The position numbers and the translations under genes were made by a program. A stretch of DNA of 64,000 nucleotides from the human T2T-CHM13v2.0 reference genome, Homo sapiens, in NCBI RefSeq assembly GCF_009914755.1, contig NC_060947.1, one strand, 5' to 3'. The notes below the pieces were generated by a model. That model did no database searches and was not told the DNA's origin. It saw only the letters and a program-made list of their open reading frames with translations. Of the stretch, positions 36,681 through 51,079 are shown in pieces. Each line of letters begins with the position of its first letter. The stretch's first letter is position 1.

Positions 36681-39600
36681 AGCCCGCTAAATAGCCACTT
36701 GCACATTGTAGAAAAAGTGTGTCAAAGCTGCGCTATCAAAGGGAAAGTTCAACTCTGTGAGGTGAATGCAAACATCCCAAAGAAGTTTCTGAGAATGCTT
36801 CCGTTTAGCTTTTAGGTGAAGATTATCCCGTTTCCAACGAAACCTTCAAAGAGGTCCAAATATTCCCTTGCGGATCCCACAGAAAGAGTGTTTCGAAACT
36901 GCTGTTTCAAAAGGAATCTTCAACTCTGTGAGTTGAATGCAATCATCACAAAGAAGTTTCTGACAATGCTTCTCTCTCGTCTTTCTGTGAAGATAAAGGA
37001 AAAGGCTTTCAGGCCTTTTCCACCACAGGCCTGAAAGCGCTCCAAATGTCCACTTGCAGATTCTGCGAAAAGAATATTTCAAAACTGCTCTATGAAAAGC
37101 AATGTTAAACTCTGCGGCTCGAACACAAACATCACAAAGCGGTTTCTGAGAATGCTTCAGTTTAGTTTTTCTGTGGAAATATTCCCGTTTCCAAAGAAAT
37201 CTTCAAAGAGGTCCACGTATCCACTTACAGATTCTACAAAAAGACAGTTTCAAAACTGCTCCATCAAAAGGAGGGTTCAACCGTGTGACTTGAATGCAAT
37301 CATCACTCAGAAGTTTCTGAGAATGCTTCTCTTTAGTTTTTACGTGAACATATACCCGTTTCGAACGAAGGCCACCCAGTGGTCCAAATATCCACTTGCA
37401 GATTCTACAGAAAGAGTGTTTCGAACCTGAACTCTCAAAGGCAGGTTCATCTCTGCGAGTTAAATGCATTCATCATGAAGAACTTTCTCAGAGTGTTTGT
37501 GTTTAGTTATGGGAAATTATTCCCGTTTCCAACGAAATCCTCAGAGAGCTCCAAATATCCACCTGCAGATTCTACCAAAAGTGTATTTGGAAACTGCTCC
37601 ATCAAAAGGCATGTTCAGCTCTGTGAGTGAAACTCCATCATCACAAAGAATATTCTGAGAATGCTTCCGTTTGCCTTTTATCTGAAGTTCCTTCCTATAC
37701 GACCGTAGGCCTCAAAGCAGTCCAAATCTCCATTTGCAGATTCTACAAAAAGAGTGATTCCAATCTGCTCTATCAATAGGATTGTTCAACTCCATGAGTT
37801 GAATGCCATCCTCACAAAGTCGTTTCTGAGAATGCTTCTATCTGGTTTTTGTGTGAAGATATTTCCTTTTCCACCACAGGCCTCAAAGCCCTCCAAACGT
37901 CCACTTGCAGATTCTCGAAAAAGAGTGTTTCATAGCTGCTCTTTCAAAAGGAAAGTTCAACTCTGGGAGTTGAATACAAACATCACAAAATAGTTTCCGA
38001 GAATGCTTCTGTTTAGTTTTTATGTGAAGATGATCCCGTTTCCAGTGAAATCTTCAAAGAGGTCCACATATCCCCTTGCAGATTCCAAAGAAAGAGGGTT
38101 TCAAAACTGCTCCATCAAAAGGATTGTTCAACTCTGTGAGTTGAATGCAGTCATCGCAGAAAACTTTCTGAGAATGCTTCTGTCTAGGTTTGATGTGAAG
38201 ATATAGACGTTTCAAACGAAGGCTACAAAGTGGTCAAAATATACACTTGCAGATTCTACTACAAGGGTGTTGCAAACCTGAACTATCAAAGGAAGGTTCA
38301 ACTCTGTGAGTTGAATACAAACATCACAAAGAATGTTCTGAGTTTGCTTCCGTTCAGTTATGGGAAGTTGATCCCGTTTCCAACGAAATCCTCAGAGAGG
38401 TCCAAATATCCCCTTGCAGATTCTACAAAACGTGTGTTTGGAAACTGCTCCATCATAACGAATGTTCAGCTCCCTGAGTTAAACTCCATCGTCACAAAGA
38501 ATTTTCTGAGAGTGCTACCGTCTGGTTTTTATATGAAGTTCTTTCCTTCACTACCAGAGGCCTCAAAGCGGTCCAAATCTCCACTTGCAGATTCTACAAA
38601 AAGAGTGTTTGCAAACTGCTCTATCAAAAGGAATGTTCAACTCTGGGAGTTGAATGCAATCATCACAGAGCAGTTTCTGAGAATGCTTCTATGTCGTTTT
38701 TAGGAGAAGATATTTCCTTTTCCAACACAGTCCTCCAAGCCCGCTAAATAGCCACTTGCACATTGTAGAAAAAGTGTGTCAAAGCTGCGCTATCAAAGGG
38801 AAAGTTCAACTCTGTGAGGTGAATGCAAACATCCCAAAGAAGTTTCTGAGAATGCTTCCGTTTAGCTTTTAGGTGAAGATTATCCCGTTTCCAACGAAAC
38901 CTTCAAAGAGGTCCAAATATTCCCTTGCGGATCCCACAGAAAGAGTGTTTCGAAACTGCTGTTTCAAAAGGAATCTTCAACTCTGTGAGTTGAATGCAAT
39001 CATCACAAAGAAGTTTCTGACAATGCTTCTCTCTCGTCTTTCTGTGAAGATAAAGGAAAAGGCTTTCAGGCCTTTTCCACCACAGGCCTGAAAGCGCTCC
39101 AAATGTCCACTTGCAGATTCTGCGAAAAGAATATTTCAAAACTGCTCTATGAAAAGCAATGTTAAACTCTGCGGCTCGAACACAAACATCACAAAGCGGT
39201 TTCTGAGAATGCTTCAGTTTAGTTTTTCTGTGGAAATATTCCCGTTTCCAAAGAAATCTTCAAAGAGGTCCACGTATCCACTTACAGATTCTACAAAAAG
39301 ACAGTTTCAAAACTGCTCCATCAAAAGGAGGGTTCAACCGTGTGACTTGAATGCAATCATCACTCAGAAGTTTCTGAGAATGCTTCTCTTTAGTTTTTAC
39401 GTGAACATATACCCGTTTCGAACGAAGGCCACCCAGTGGTCCAAATATCCACTTGCAGATTCTACAGAAAGAGTGTTTCGAACCTGAACTCTCAAAGGCA
39501 GGTTCATCTCTGCGAGTTAAATGCATTCATCATGAAGAACTTTCTCAGAGTGTTTGTGTTTAGTTATGGGAAATTATTCCCGTTTCCAACGAAATCCTCA

Positions 39601-42600
39601 GAGAGCTCCAAATATCCACCTGCAGATTCTACCAAAAGTGTATTTGGAAACTGCTCCATCAAAAGGCATGTTCAGCTCTGTGAGTGAAACTCCATCATCA
39701 CAAAGAATATTCTGAGAATGCTTCCGTTTGCCTTTTATCTGAAGTTCCTTCCTATACGACCGTAGGCCTCAAAGCAGTCCAAATCTCCATTTGCAGATTC
39801 TACAAAAAGAGTGATTCCAATCTGCTCTATCAATAGGATTGTTCAACTCCATGAGTTGAATGCCATCCTCACAAAGTCGTTTCTGAGAATGCTTCTATCT
39901 GGTTTTTGTGTGAAGATATTTCCTTTTCCACCACAGGCCTCAAAGCCCTCCAAACGTCCACTTGCAGATTCTCGAAAAAGAGTGTTTCATAGCTGCTCTT
40001 TCAAAAGGAAAGTTCAACTCTGGGAGTTGAATACAAACATCACAAAATAGTTTCCGAGAATGCTTCTGTTTAGTTTTTATGTGAAGATGATCCCGTTTCC
40101 AGTGAAATCTTCAAAGAGGTCCACATATCCCCTTGCAGATTCCAAAGAAAGAGGGTTTCAAAACTGCTCCATCAAAAGGATTGTTCAACTCTGTGAGTTG
40201 AATGCAGTCATCGCAGAAAACTTTCTGAGAATGCTTCTGTCTAGGTTTGATGTGAAGATATAGACGTTTCAAACGAAGGCTACAAAGTGGTCAAAATATA
40301 CACTTGCAGATTCTACTACAAGGGTGTTGCAAACCTGAACTATCAAAGGAAGGTTCAACTCTGTGAGTTGAATACAAACATCACAAAGAATGTTCTGAGT
40401 TTGCTTCCGTTCAGTTATGGGAAGTTGATCCCGTTTCCAACGAAATCCTCAGAGAGGTCCAAATATCCCCTTGCAGATTCTACAAAACGTGTGTTTGGAA
40501 ACTGCTCCATCATAACGAATGTTCAGCTCCCTGAGTTAAACTCCATCGTCACAAAGAATTTTCTGAGAGTGCTACCGTCTGGTTTTTATATGAAGTTCTT
40601 TCCTTCACTACCAGAGGCCTCAAAGCGGTCCAAATCTCCACTTGCAGATTCTACAAAAAGAGTGTTTGCAAACTGCTCTATCAAAAGGAATGTTCAACTC
40701 TGGGAGTTGAATGCAATCATCACAGAGCAGTTTCTGAGAATGCTTCTATGTCGTTTTTAGGAGAAGATATTTCCTTTTCCAACACAGTCCTCCAAGCCCG
40801 CTAAATAGCCACTTGCACATTGTAGAAAAAGTGTGTCGAAGCTGCGCTATCAAAGGGAAAGTTCAACTCTGTGAGGTGAATGCAAACATCCCAAAGAAGT
40901 TTCTGAGAATGCTTCCGTTTAGCTTTTAGGTGAAGATTATCCCGTTTCCAACGAAACCTTCAAAGAGGTCCAAATATTCCCTTGCGGATCCCACAGAAAG
41001 AGTGTTTCGAAACTGCTGTTTCAAAAGGAATCTTCAACTCTGTGAGTTGAATGCAATCATCACAAAGAAGTTTCTGACAATGCTTCTCTCTCGTCTTTCT
41101 GTGAAGATAAAGGAAAAGGCTTTCAGGCCTTTTCCACCACAGGCCTGAAAGCGCTCCAAATGTCCACTTGCAGATTCTGCGAAAAGAATATTTCAAAACT
41201 GCTCTATGAAAAGCAATGTTAAACTCTGCGGCTCGAACACAAACATCACAAAGCGGTTTCTGAGAATGCTTCAGTTTAGTTTTTCTGTGGAAATATTCCC
41301 GTTTCCAAAGAAATCTTCAAAGAGGTCCACGTATCCACTTACAGATTCTACAAAAAGACAGTTTCAAAACTGCTCCATCAAAAGGAGGGTTCAACCGTGT
41401 GACTTGAATGCAATCATCACTCAGAAGTTTCTGAGAATGCTTCTCTTTAGTTTTTACGTGAACATATACCCGTTTCGAACGAAGGCCACCCAGTGGTCCA
41501 AATATCCACTTGCAGATTCTACAGAAAGAGTGTTTCGAACCTGAACTCTCAAAGGCAGGTTCATCTCTGCGAGTTAAATGCATTCATCATGAAGAACTTT
41601 CTCAGAGTGTTTGTGTTTAGTTATGGGAAATTATTCCCGTTTCCAACGAAATCCTCAGAGAGCTCCAAATATCCACCTGCAGATTCTACCAAAAGTGTAT
41701 TTGGAAACTGCTCCATCAAAAGGCATGTTCAGCTCTGTGAGTGAAACTCCATCATCACAAAGAATATTCTGAGAATGCTTCCGTTTGCCTTTTATCTGAA
41801 GTTCCTTCCTATACGACCGTAGGCCTCAAAGCAGTCCAAATCTCCATTTGCAGATTCTACAAAAAGAGTGATTCCAATCTGCTCTATCAATAGGATTGTT
41901 CAACTCCATGAGTTGAATGCCATCCTCACAAAGTCGTTTCTGAGAATGCTTCTATCTGGTTTTTGTGTGAAGATATTTCCTTTTCCACCACAGGCCTCAA
42001 AGCCCTCCAAACGTCCACTTGCAGATTCTCGAAAAAGAGTGTTTCATAGCTGCTCTTTCAAAAGGAAAGTTCAACTCTGGGAGTTGAATACAAACATCAC
42101 AAAATAGTTTCCGAGAATGCTTCTGTTTAGTTTTTATGTGAAGATGATCCCGTTTCCAGTGAAATCTTCAAAGAGGTCCACATATCCCCTTGCAGATTCC
42201 AAAGAAAGAGGGTTTCAAAACTGCTCCATCAAAAGGATTGTTCAACTCTGTGAGTTGAATGCAGTCATCGCAGAAAACTTTCTGAGAATGCTTCTGTCTA
42301 GGTTTGATGTGAAGATATAGACGTTTCAAACGAAGGCTACAAAGTGGTCAAAATATACACTTGCAGATTCTACTACAAGGGTGTTGCAAACCTGAACTAT
42401 CAAAGGAAGGTTCAACTCTGTGAGTTGAATACAAACATCACAAAGAATGTTCTGAGTTTGCTTCCGTTCAGTTATGGGAAGTTGATCCCGTTTCCAACGA
42501 AATCCTCAGAGAGGTCCAAATATCCCCTTGCAGATTCTACAAAACGTGTGTTTGGAAACTGCTCCATCATAACGAATGTTCAGCTCCCTGAGTTAAACTC

Positions 42601-44908
42601 CATCGTCACAAAGAATTTTCTGAGAGTGCTACCGTCTGGTTTTTATATGAAGTTCTTTCCTTCACTACCAGAGGCCTCAAAGCGGTCCAAATCTCCACTT
42701 GCAGATTCTACAAAAAGAGTGTTTGCAAACTGCTCTATCAAAAGGAATGTTCAACTCTGGGAGTTGAATGCAATCATCACAGAGCAGTTTCTGAGAATGC
42801 TTCTATGTCGTTTTTAGGAGAAGATATTTCCTTTTCCAACACAGTCCTCCAAGCCCGCTAAATAGCCACTTGCACATTGTAGAAAAAGTGTGTCAAAGCT
42901 GCGCTATCAAAGGGAAAGTTCAACTCTGTGAGGTGAATGCAAACATCCCAAAGAAGTTTCTGAGAATGCTTCCGTTTAGCTTTTAGGTGAAGATTATCCC
43001 GTTTCCAACGAAACCTTCAAAGAGGTCCAAATATTCCCTTGCGGATCCCACAGAAAGAGTGTTTCGAAACTGCTGTTTCAAAAGGAATCTTCAACTCTGT
43101 GAGTTGAATGCAATCATCACAAAGAAGTTTCTGACAATGCTTCTCTCTCGTCTTTCTGTGAAGATAAAGGAAAAGGCTTTCAGGCCTTTTCCACCACAGG
43201 CCTGAAAGCGCTCCAAATGTCCACTTGCAGATTCTGCGAAAAGAATATTTCAAAACTGCTCTATGAAAAGCAATGTTAAACTCTGCGGCTCGAACACAAA
43301 CATCACAAAGCGGTTTCTGAGAATGCTTCAGTTTAGTTTTTCTGTGGAAATATTCCCGTTTCCAAAGAAATCTTCAAAGAGGTCCACGTATCCACTTACA
43401 GATTCTACAAAAAGACAGTTTCAAAACTGCTCCATCAAAAGGAGGGTTCAACCGTGTGACTTGAATGCAATCATCACTCAGAAGTTTCTGAGAATGCTTC
43501 TCTTTAGTTTTTACGTGAACATATACCCGTTTCGAACGAAGGCCACCCAGTGGTCCAAATATCCACTTGCAGATTCTACAGAAAGAGTGTTTCGAACCTG
43601 AACTCTCAAAGGCAGGTTCATCTCTGCGAGTTAAATGCATTCATCATGAAGAACTTTCTCAGAGTGTTTGTGTTTAGTTATGGGAAATTATTCCCGTTTC
43701 CAACGAAATCCTCAGAGAGCTCCAAATATCCACCTGCAGATTCTACCAAAAGTGTATTTGGAAACTGCTCCATCAAAAGGCATGTTCAGCTCTGTGAGTG
43801 AAACTCCATCATCACAAAGAATATTCTGAGAATGCTTCCGTTTGCCTTTTATCTGAAGTTCCTTCCTATACGACCGTAGGCCTCAAAGCAGTCCAAATCT
43901 CCATTTGCAGATTCTACAAAAAGAGTGATTCCAATCTGCTCTATCAATAGGATTGTTCAACTCCATGAGTTGAATGCCATCCTCACAAAGTCGTTTCTGA
44001 GAATGCTTCTATCTGGTTTTTGTGTGAAGATATTTCCTTTTCCACCACAGGCCTCAAAGCCCTCCAAACGTCCACTTGCAGATTCTCGAAAAAGAGTGTT
44101 TCATAGCTGCTCTTTCAAAAGGAAAGTTCAACTCTGGGAGTTGAATACAAACATCACAAAATAGTTTCCGAGAATGCTTCTGTTTAGTTTTTATGTGAAG
44201 ATGATCCCGTTTCCAGTGAAATCTTCAAAGAGGTCCACATATCCCCTTGCAGATTCCAAAGAAAGAGGGTTTCAAAACTGCTCCATCAAAAGGATTGTTC
44301 AACTCTGTGAGTTGAATGCAGTCATCGCAGAAAACTTTCTGAGAATGCTTCTGTCTAGGTTTGATGTGAAGATATAGACGTTTCAAACGAAGGCTACAAA
44401 GTGGTCAAAATATACACTTGCAGATTCTACTACAAGGGTGTTGCAAACCTGAACTATCAAAGGAAGGTTCAACTCTGTGAGTTGAATACAAACATCACAA
44501 AGAATGTTCTGAGTTTGCTTCCGTTCAGTTATGGGAAGTTGATCCCGTTTCCAACGAAATCCTCAGAGAGGTCCAAATATCCCCTTGCAGATTCTACAAA
44601 ACGTGTGTTTGGAAACTGCTCCATCATAACGAATGTTCAGCTCCCTGAGTTAAACTCCATCGTCACAAAGAATTTTCTGAGAGTGCTACCGTCTGGTTTT
44701 TATATGAAGTTCTTTCCTTCACTACCAGAGGCCTCAAAGCGGTCCAAATCTCCACTTGCAGATTCTACAAAAAGAGTGTTTGCAAACTGCTCTATCAAAA
44801 GGAATGTTCAACTCTGGGAGTTGAATGCAATCATCACAGAGCAGTTTCTGAGAATGCTTCTATGTCGTTTTTAGGAGAAGATATTTCCTTTTCCAACACA
44901 GTCCTCCA
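36681..44908 (-). repeat. Four near-identical consecutive HOR units (19-22), a recent local expansion
   Basis: All four share aaatattccc, tttatctgaag, ctatacgacc, aagtcgtttc, atcaaaaggattg and ccagaggcc. Their ORF translations are identical. Confidence 0.88.
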
Positions 44909-47900
44909 AGCCCGCTAAATAGCCACTTGCACATTGTAGAAAAAGTGTGTCGAAGCTGCGCTATCAAAGGGAAAGTTCAACTCTGTGAGGTGAATGCAAA
45001 CATCCCAAAGAAGTTTCTGAGAATGCTTCCGTTTAGCTTTTAGGTGAAGATTATCCCGTTTCCAACGAAACCTTCAAAGAGGTCCAAATATCCCCTTGCG
45101 GATCCCACAGAAAGAGTGTTTCGAAACTGCTGTTTCAAAAGGAATCTTCAACTCTGTGAGTTGAATGCAATCATCACAAAGAAGTTTCTGACAATGCTTC
45201 TCTCTCGTCTTTCTGTGAAGATAAAGGAAAAGGCTTTCAGGCCTTTGCCACCACAGGCCTGAAAGCGCTCCAAATGTCCACTTGCAGATTCTGCCAAAAG
45301 AATATTTCAAAACTGCTCTATGAAAAGCAATGTTAAACTCTGTGGCTCGAACACAAACATCACAAAGCGGTTTCTGAGAATGCTTCAGTTTAGTTTTTCT
45401 GTGGAAATATTCCCGTTTCCAAAGAAATCTTCAAAGAGGTCCACGTATCCACTTACAGATTCTACAAAAAGACAGTTTCAAAACTGCTCCATCAAAAGGA
45501 GGGTTCAACCGTGTGACTTGAATGCAATCATCACTCAGAAGTTTCTGAGAATGCTTCTCTTTAGTTTTTACGTGAACATATACCCGTTTCGAACGAAGGC
45601 CACCCAGTGGTCCAAATATCCACTTGCAGATTATACAGAAAGAGTGTTTCGAACCTGAACTCTCAAAGGCAGGTTCATCTCTGCGGGTTAAAAGCATTCA
45701 TCATGAAGAACTTTCTCAGAGTGTTTGTGTTTAGTTATGGGAAATTATTCCCGTTTCCAACGAAATCCTCAGAGAGCTCCAAATATCCACCTGCAGATTC
45801 TACCAAAAGTGTATTTGGAAACTGCTCCATCAAAAGGCATGTTCAGCTCTGTGAGTGAAACTCCATCATCACAAAGAATATTCTGAGAATGCTTCCGTTT
45901 GCCTTTTATATGAAGTTCCTTCCTGTACTACCGTAGGCCTCAAAGCAGTCCAAATCTCCATTTGCAGATTCTATAAAAAGAGTGATTCCAATCTGCTCTA
46001 TCAATAGGATTGTTCAACTCCATGAGTTGAATGCCATCCTCACAAAGTAGTTTCTGAGAATGCTTCTATCTGGTTTTTGTGTGAAGATATTTCCTTTTCC
46101 ACCACAGGCCTCAAAGCCCTCCAAACGTCCACTTGCAGATTCTCGAAAAAGAGTGTTTCATAGCTGCTCTTTCAAAAGGAAAGTTCAACTCTGGGAGTTG
46201 AATACAAACATCACAAAGTAGTTTCCGAGAATGCTTCTGTTTAGTTTTTATGTGAAGATGATCCCGTTTCCAGTGAAATCTTCAAAGAGGTCCACATATC
46301 CCCTTGCAGATTCCAAAGAAAGAGGGTTTCAAAACTGCTCCATCAGAAGGATTGTTCAACTCTGTGAGTTGAATGCAGTCATCGCAGAAAACTTTCTGAG
46401 AATGCTTCTGTCTAGGTTTGATGTGAAGATATAGACGTTTCAAACGAAGGCTACAAAGTGGTCAAAATATACACTTGCAGATTCTACTACAAGGGTGTTG
46501 CAAACCTGAACTATCAAAGGAAGGTTCAACTCTGTGACTTGAATACAAACATCACAAAGAATGTTCTGAGTTTGCTTCCGTTCAGTTATGGGAAGTTGAT
46601 CCCGTTTCCAACGAAATCCTCAGAGAGGTCCAAATATCCCCTCGCAGATTCTACAAAACGTGTGTTTGGAAACTGCTCCATCATAACGAATGTTCAGCTC
46701 CCTGAGTTAAACTCCATCGTCACAAAGAATTTTCTGAGAGTGCTACCGTCTGGTTTTTATATGAAGTTCTTTCCTTCACTACCACAGGCCTCAAAGCGGT
46801 CCAAATCTCCACTTGCAGATTCTACAAAAAGAGTGTTTGCAAACTGCTCTATCAAAAGGATTGTTCAACTCTGGGAGTTGAATGCAATCATCACAGAGCA
46901 GTTTCTGAGAATGCTTCTATGTCGTTTTTAGGAGAAGATATTTCCTTTTCCAACACAGTCCTCCAAGCCCGCTAAATAGCCACTTGCACATTGTAGAAAA
47001 AGTGTGTCAAAGCTGCGCTATCAAAGGGAAAGTTCAACTCTGTGAGGTGAATGCAAACATCCCAAAGAAGTTTCTGAGAATGCTTCCGTTTAGCTTTTAG
47101 GTGAAGATTATCCCGTTTCCAACGAAACCTTCAAAGAGGTCCAAATATTCCCTTGCGGATCCCACAGAAAGAGTGTTTCGAAACTGCTGTTTCAAAAGGA
47201 ATCTTCAACTCTGTGAGTTGAATGCAATCATCACAAAGAAGTTTCTGACAATGCTTCTCTCTCGTCTTTCTGTGAAGATAAAGGAAAAGGCTTTCAGGCC
47301 TTTTCCACCACAGGCCTGAAAGCGCTCCAAATGTCCACTTGCAGATTCTGCGAAAAGAATATTTCAAAACTGCTCTATGAAAAGCAATGTTAAACTCTGC
47401 GGCTCGAACACAAACATCACAAAGCGGTTTCTGAGAATGCTTCAGTTTAGTTTTTCTGTGGAAATATTCCCGTTTCCAAAGAAATCTTCAAAGAGGTCCA
47501 CGTATCCACTTACAGATTCTACAAAAAGACAGTTTCAAAACTGCTCCATCAAAAGGAGGGTTCAACCGTGTGACTTGAATGCAATCATCACTCAGAAGTT
47601 TCTGAGAATGCTTCTCTTTAGTTTTTACGTGAACATATACCCGTTTCGAACGAAGGCCACCCAGTGGTCCAAATATCCACTTGCAGATTCTACAGAAAGA
47701 GTGTTTCGAACCTGAACTCTCAAAGGCAGGTTCATCTCTGCGAGTTAAATGCATTCATCATGAAGAACTTTCTCAGCGTGTTTGTGTTTAGTTATGGGAA
47801 ATTATTCCCGTTTCCAACGAAATCCTCAGAGAGCTCCAAATATCCACCTGCAGATTCTACCAAAAGTGTATTTGGAAACTGCTCCATCAAAAGGCATGTT

Positions 47901-50900
47901 CAGCTCTGTGAGTGAAACTCCATCATCACAATGAATATTCTGAGAATGCTTCCGTTTGCCTTTTATATGAAGTTCCTTCCTGTACTACCGTAGGCCTCAA
48001 AGCAGTCCAAATCTCCATTTGCAGATTCTATAAAAAGAGTGATTCCAATCTGCTCTATCAATAGGATTGTTCAACTCCATGAGTTGAATGCCATCCTCAC
48101 AAAGTAGTTTCTGAGAATGCTTCTATCTGGTTTTTGTGTGAAGATATTTCCTTTTCCACCACAGGCCTCAAAGCCCTCCAAACGTCCACTTGCAGATTCT
48201 CGAAAAAGAGTGTTTTATAGCTGCTCTTTCAAAAGGAAAGTTCAACTCTGGGAGTTGAATACAAACATCACAAAGTAGTTTCCGAGAATGCTTCTGTTTA
48301 GTTTTTATGTGAAGATGATCCCGTTTCCAGTGAAATCTTCAAAGAGGTCCACATATCCCCTTGCAGATTCCAAAGAAAGAGGGTTTCAAAACTGCTCCAT
48401 CAGAAGGATTGTTCAACTCTGTGAGTTGAATGCAGTCATCGCAGAAAACTTTCTGAGAATGCTTCTGTCTAGGTTTGATGTGAAGATATAGACGTTTCAA
48501 ACGAAGGCTACAAAGTGGTCAAAATATACACTTGCAGATTCTACTACAAGGGTGTTGCAAACCTGAACTATCAAAGGAAGGTTCAACTCTGTGAGTTGAA
48601 TACAAACATCACAAAGAATGTTCTGAGTTTGCTTCCGTTCAGTTATGGGAAGTTGATCCCGTTTCCAACGAAATCCTCAGAGAGGTCCAAATATCCCCTC
48701 GCAGATTCTACAAAACGTGTGTTTGGAAACTGCTCCATCATAACGAATGTTCAGCTCCCTGAGTTAAACTCCATCGTCACAAAGAATTTTCTGAGAGTGC
48801 TACCGTCTGGTTTTTATATGAAGTTCTTTCCTTCACTACCACAGGCCTCAAAGCGGTCCAAATCTCCACTTGCAGATTCTACAAAAAGAGTGTTTGCAAA
48901 CTGCTCTATCAAAAGGAATGTTCAACTCTGGGAGTTGAATGCAATCATCACAGAGCAGTTTCTGAGAATGCTTCTATGTCGTTTTTAGGAGAAGATATTT
49001 CCTTTTCCAACACAGTCCTCCAAGCCCGCTAAATAGCCACTTGCACATTGTAGAAAAAGTGTGTCAAAGCTGCGCTATCAAAGGGAAAGTTCAACTCTGT
49101 GAGGTGAATGCAAACATCCCAAAGAAGTTTCTGAGAATGCTTCCGTTTAGCTTTTAGGTGAAGATTATCCCGTTTCCAACGAAACCTTCAAAGAGGTCCA
49201 AATATCCCCTTGCGGATCCCACAGAAAGAGTGTTTCGAAACTGCTGTTTCAAAAGGAATCTTCAACTCTGTGAGTTGAATGCAATCATCACAAAGAAGTT
49301 TCTGACAATGCTTCTCTCTCGTCTTTCTGTGAAGATAAAGGAAAAGGCTTTCAGGCCTTTTCCACCACAGGCCTGAAAGCGCTCCAAATGTCCACTTGCA
49401 GATTCTGCGAAAAGAATATTTCAAAACTGCTCTATGAAAAGCAATGTTAAACTCTGTGGCTCGAACACAAACATCACAAAGCGGTTTCTGAGAATGCTTC
49501 AGTTTAGTTTTTCTGTGGAAATATTCCCGTTTCCAAAGAAATCTTCAAAGAGGTCCACGTATCCACTTACAGATTCTACAAAAAGACAGTTTCAAAACTG
49601 CTCCATCAAAAGGAGGGTTCAACCGTGTGACTTGAATGCAATCATCACTCAGAAGTTTCTGAGAATGCTTCTCTTTAGTTTTTACGTGAACATATACCCG
49701 TTTCGAACGAAGGCCACCCAGTGGTCCAAATATCCACTTGCAGATTCTACAGAAAGAGTGTTTCGAACCTGAACTCTCAAAGGCAGGTTCATCTCTGCGA
49801 GTTAAATGCATTCATCATGAAGAACTTTCTCAGAGTGTTTGTGTTTAGTTATGGGAAATTATTCCCGTTTCCAACGAAATCCTCAGAGAGCTCCAAATAT
49901 CCACCTGCAGATTCTACCAAAAGTGTATTTGGAAACTGCTCCATCAAAAGGCATGTTCAGCTCTGTGAGTGAAACTCCATCATCACAAAGAATATTCTGA
50001 GAATGCTTCCGTTTGCCTTTTATATGAAGTTCCTTCCTGTACTACCGTAGGCCTCAAAGCAGTCCAAATCTCCATTTGCAGATTCTACAAAAAGAGTGAT
50101 TCCAATCTGCTCTATCAATAGGATTGTTCAACTCCATGAGTTGAATGCCATCCTCACAAAGTAGTTTCTGAGAATGCTTCTATCTGGTTTTTGTGTGAAG
50201 ATATTTCCTTTTCCACCACAGGCCTCAAAGCCCTCCAAACGTCCACTTGCAGATTCTCGAAAAAGAGTGTTTCATAGCTGCTCTTTCAAAAGGAAAGTTC
50301 AACTCTGGGAGTTGAATACAAACATCACAAAATAGTTTCCGAGAATGCTTCTGTTTAGTTTTTATGTGAAGATGATCCCGTTTCCAGTGAAATCTTCAAA
50401 GAGGTCCACATATCCCCTTGCAGATTCCAAAGAAAGAGGGTTTCAAAACTGCTCCATCAGAAGGATTGTTCAACTCTGTGAGTTGAATGCAGTCATCGCA
50501 GAAAACTTTCTGAGAATGCTTCTGTCTAGGTTTGATGTGAAGATATAGACGTTTCAAACGAAGGCTACAAAGTGGTCAAAATATACACTTGCAGATTCTA
50601 CTACAAGGGTGTTGCAAACCTGAACTATCAAAGGAAGGTTCAACTCTGTGAGTTGAATACAAACATCACAAAGAATGTTCTGAGTTTGCTTCCGTTCAGT
50701 TATGGGAAGTTGATCCCGTTTCCAAAGAAATCCTCAGAGAGGTCCAAATATCCCCTCGCAGATTCTACAAAACGTGTGTTTGGAAACTGCTCCATCATAA
50801 CGAATGTTCAGCTCCCTGAGTTAAACTCCATCGTCACAAAGAATTTTCTGAGAGTGCTACCGTCTGGTTTTTATATGAAGTTCTTTCCTTCACTACCACA

Positions 50901-51079
50901 GGCCTCAAAGCGGTCCAAATCTCCACTTGCAGATTCTACAAAAAGAGTGTTTGCAAACTGCTCTATCAAAAGGAATGTTCAACTCTGGGAGTTGAATGCA
51001 ATCATCACAGAGCAGTTTCTGAGAATGCTTCTATGTCGTTTTTAGGAGAAGATATTTCCTTTTCCAACACAGTCCTCCA

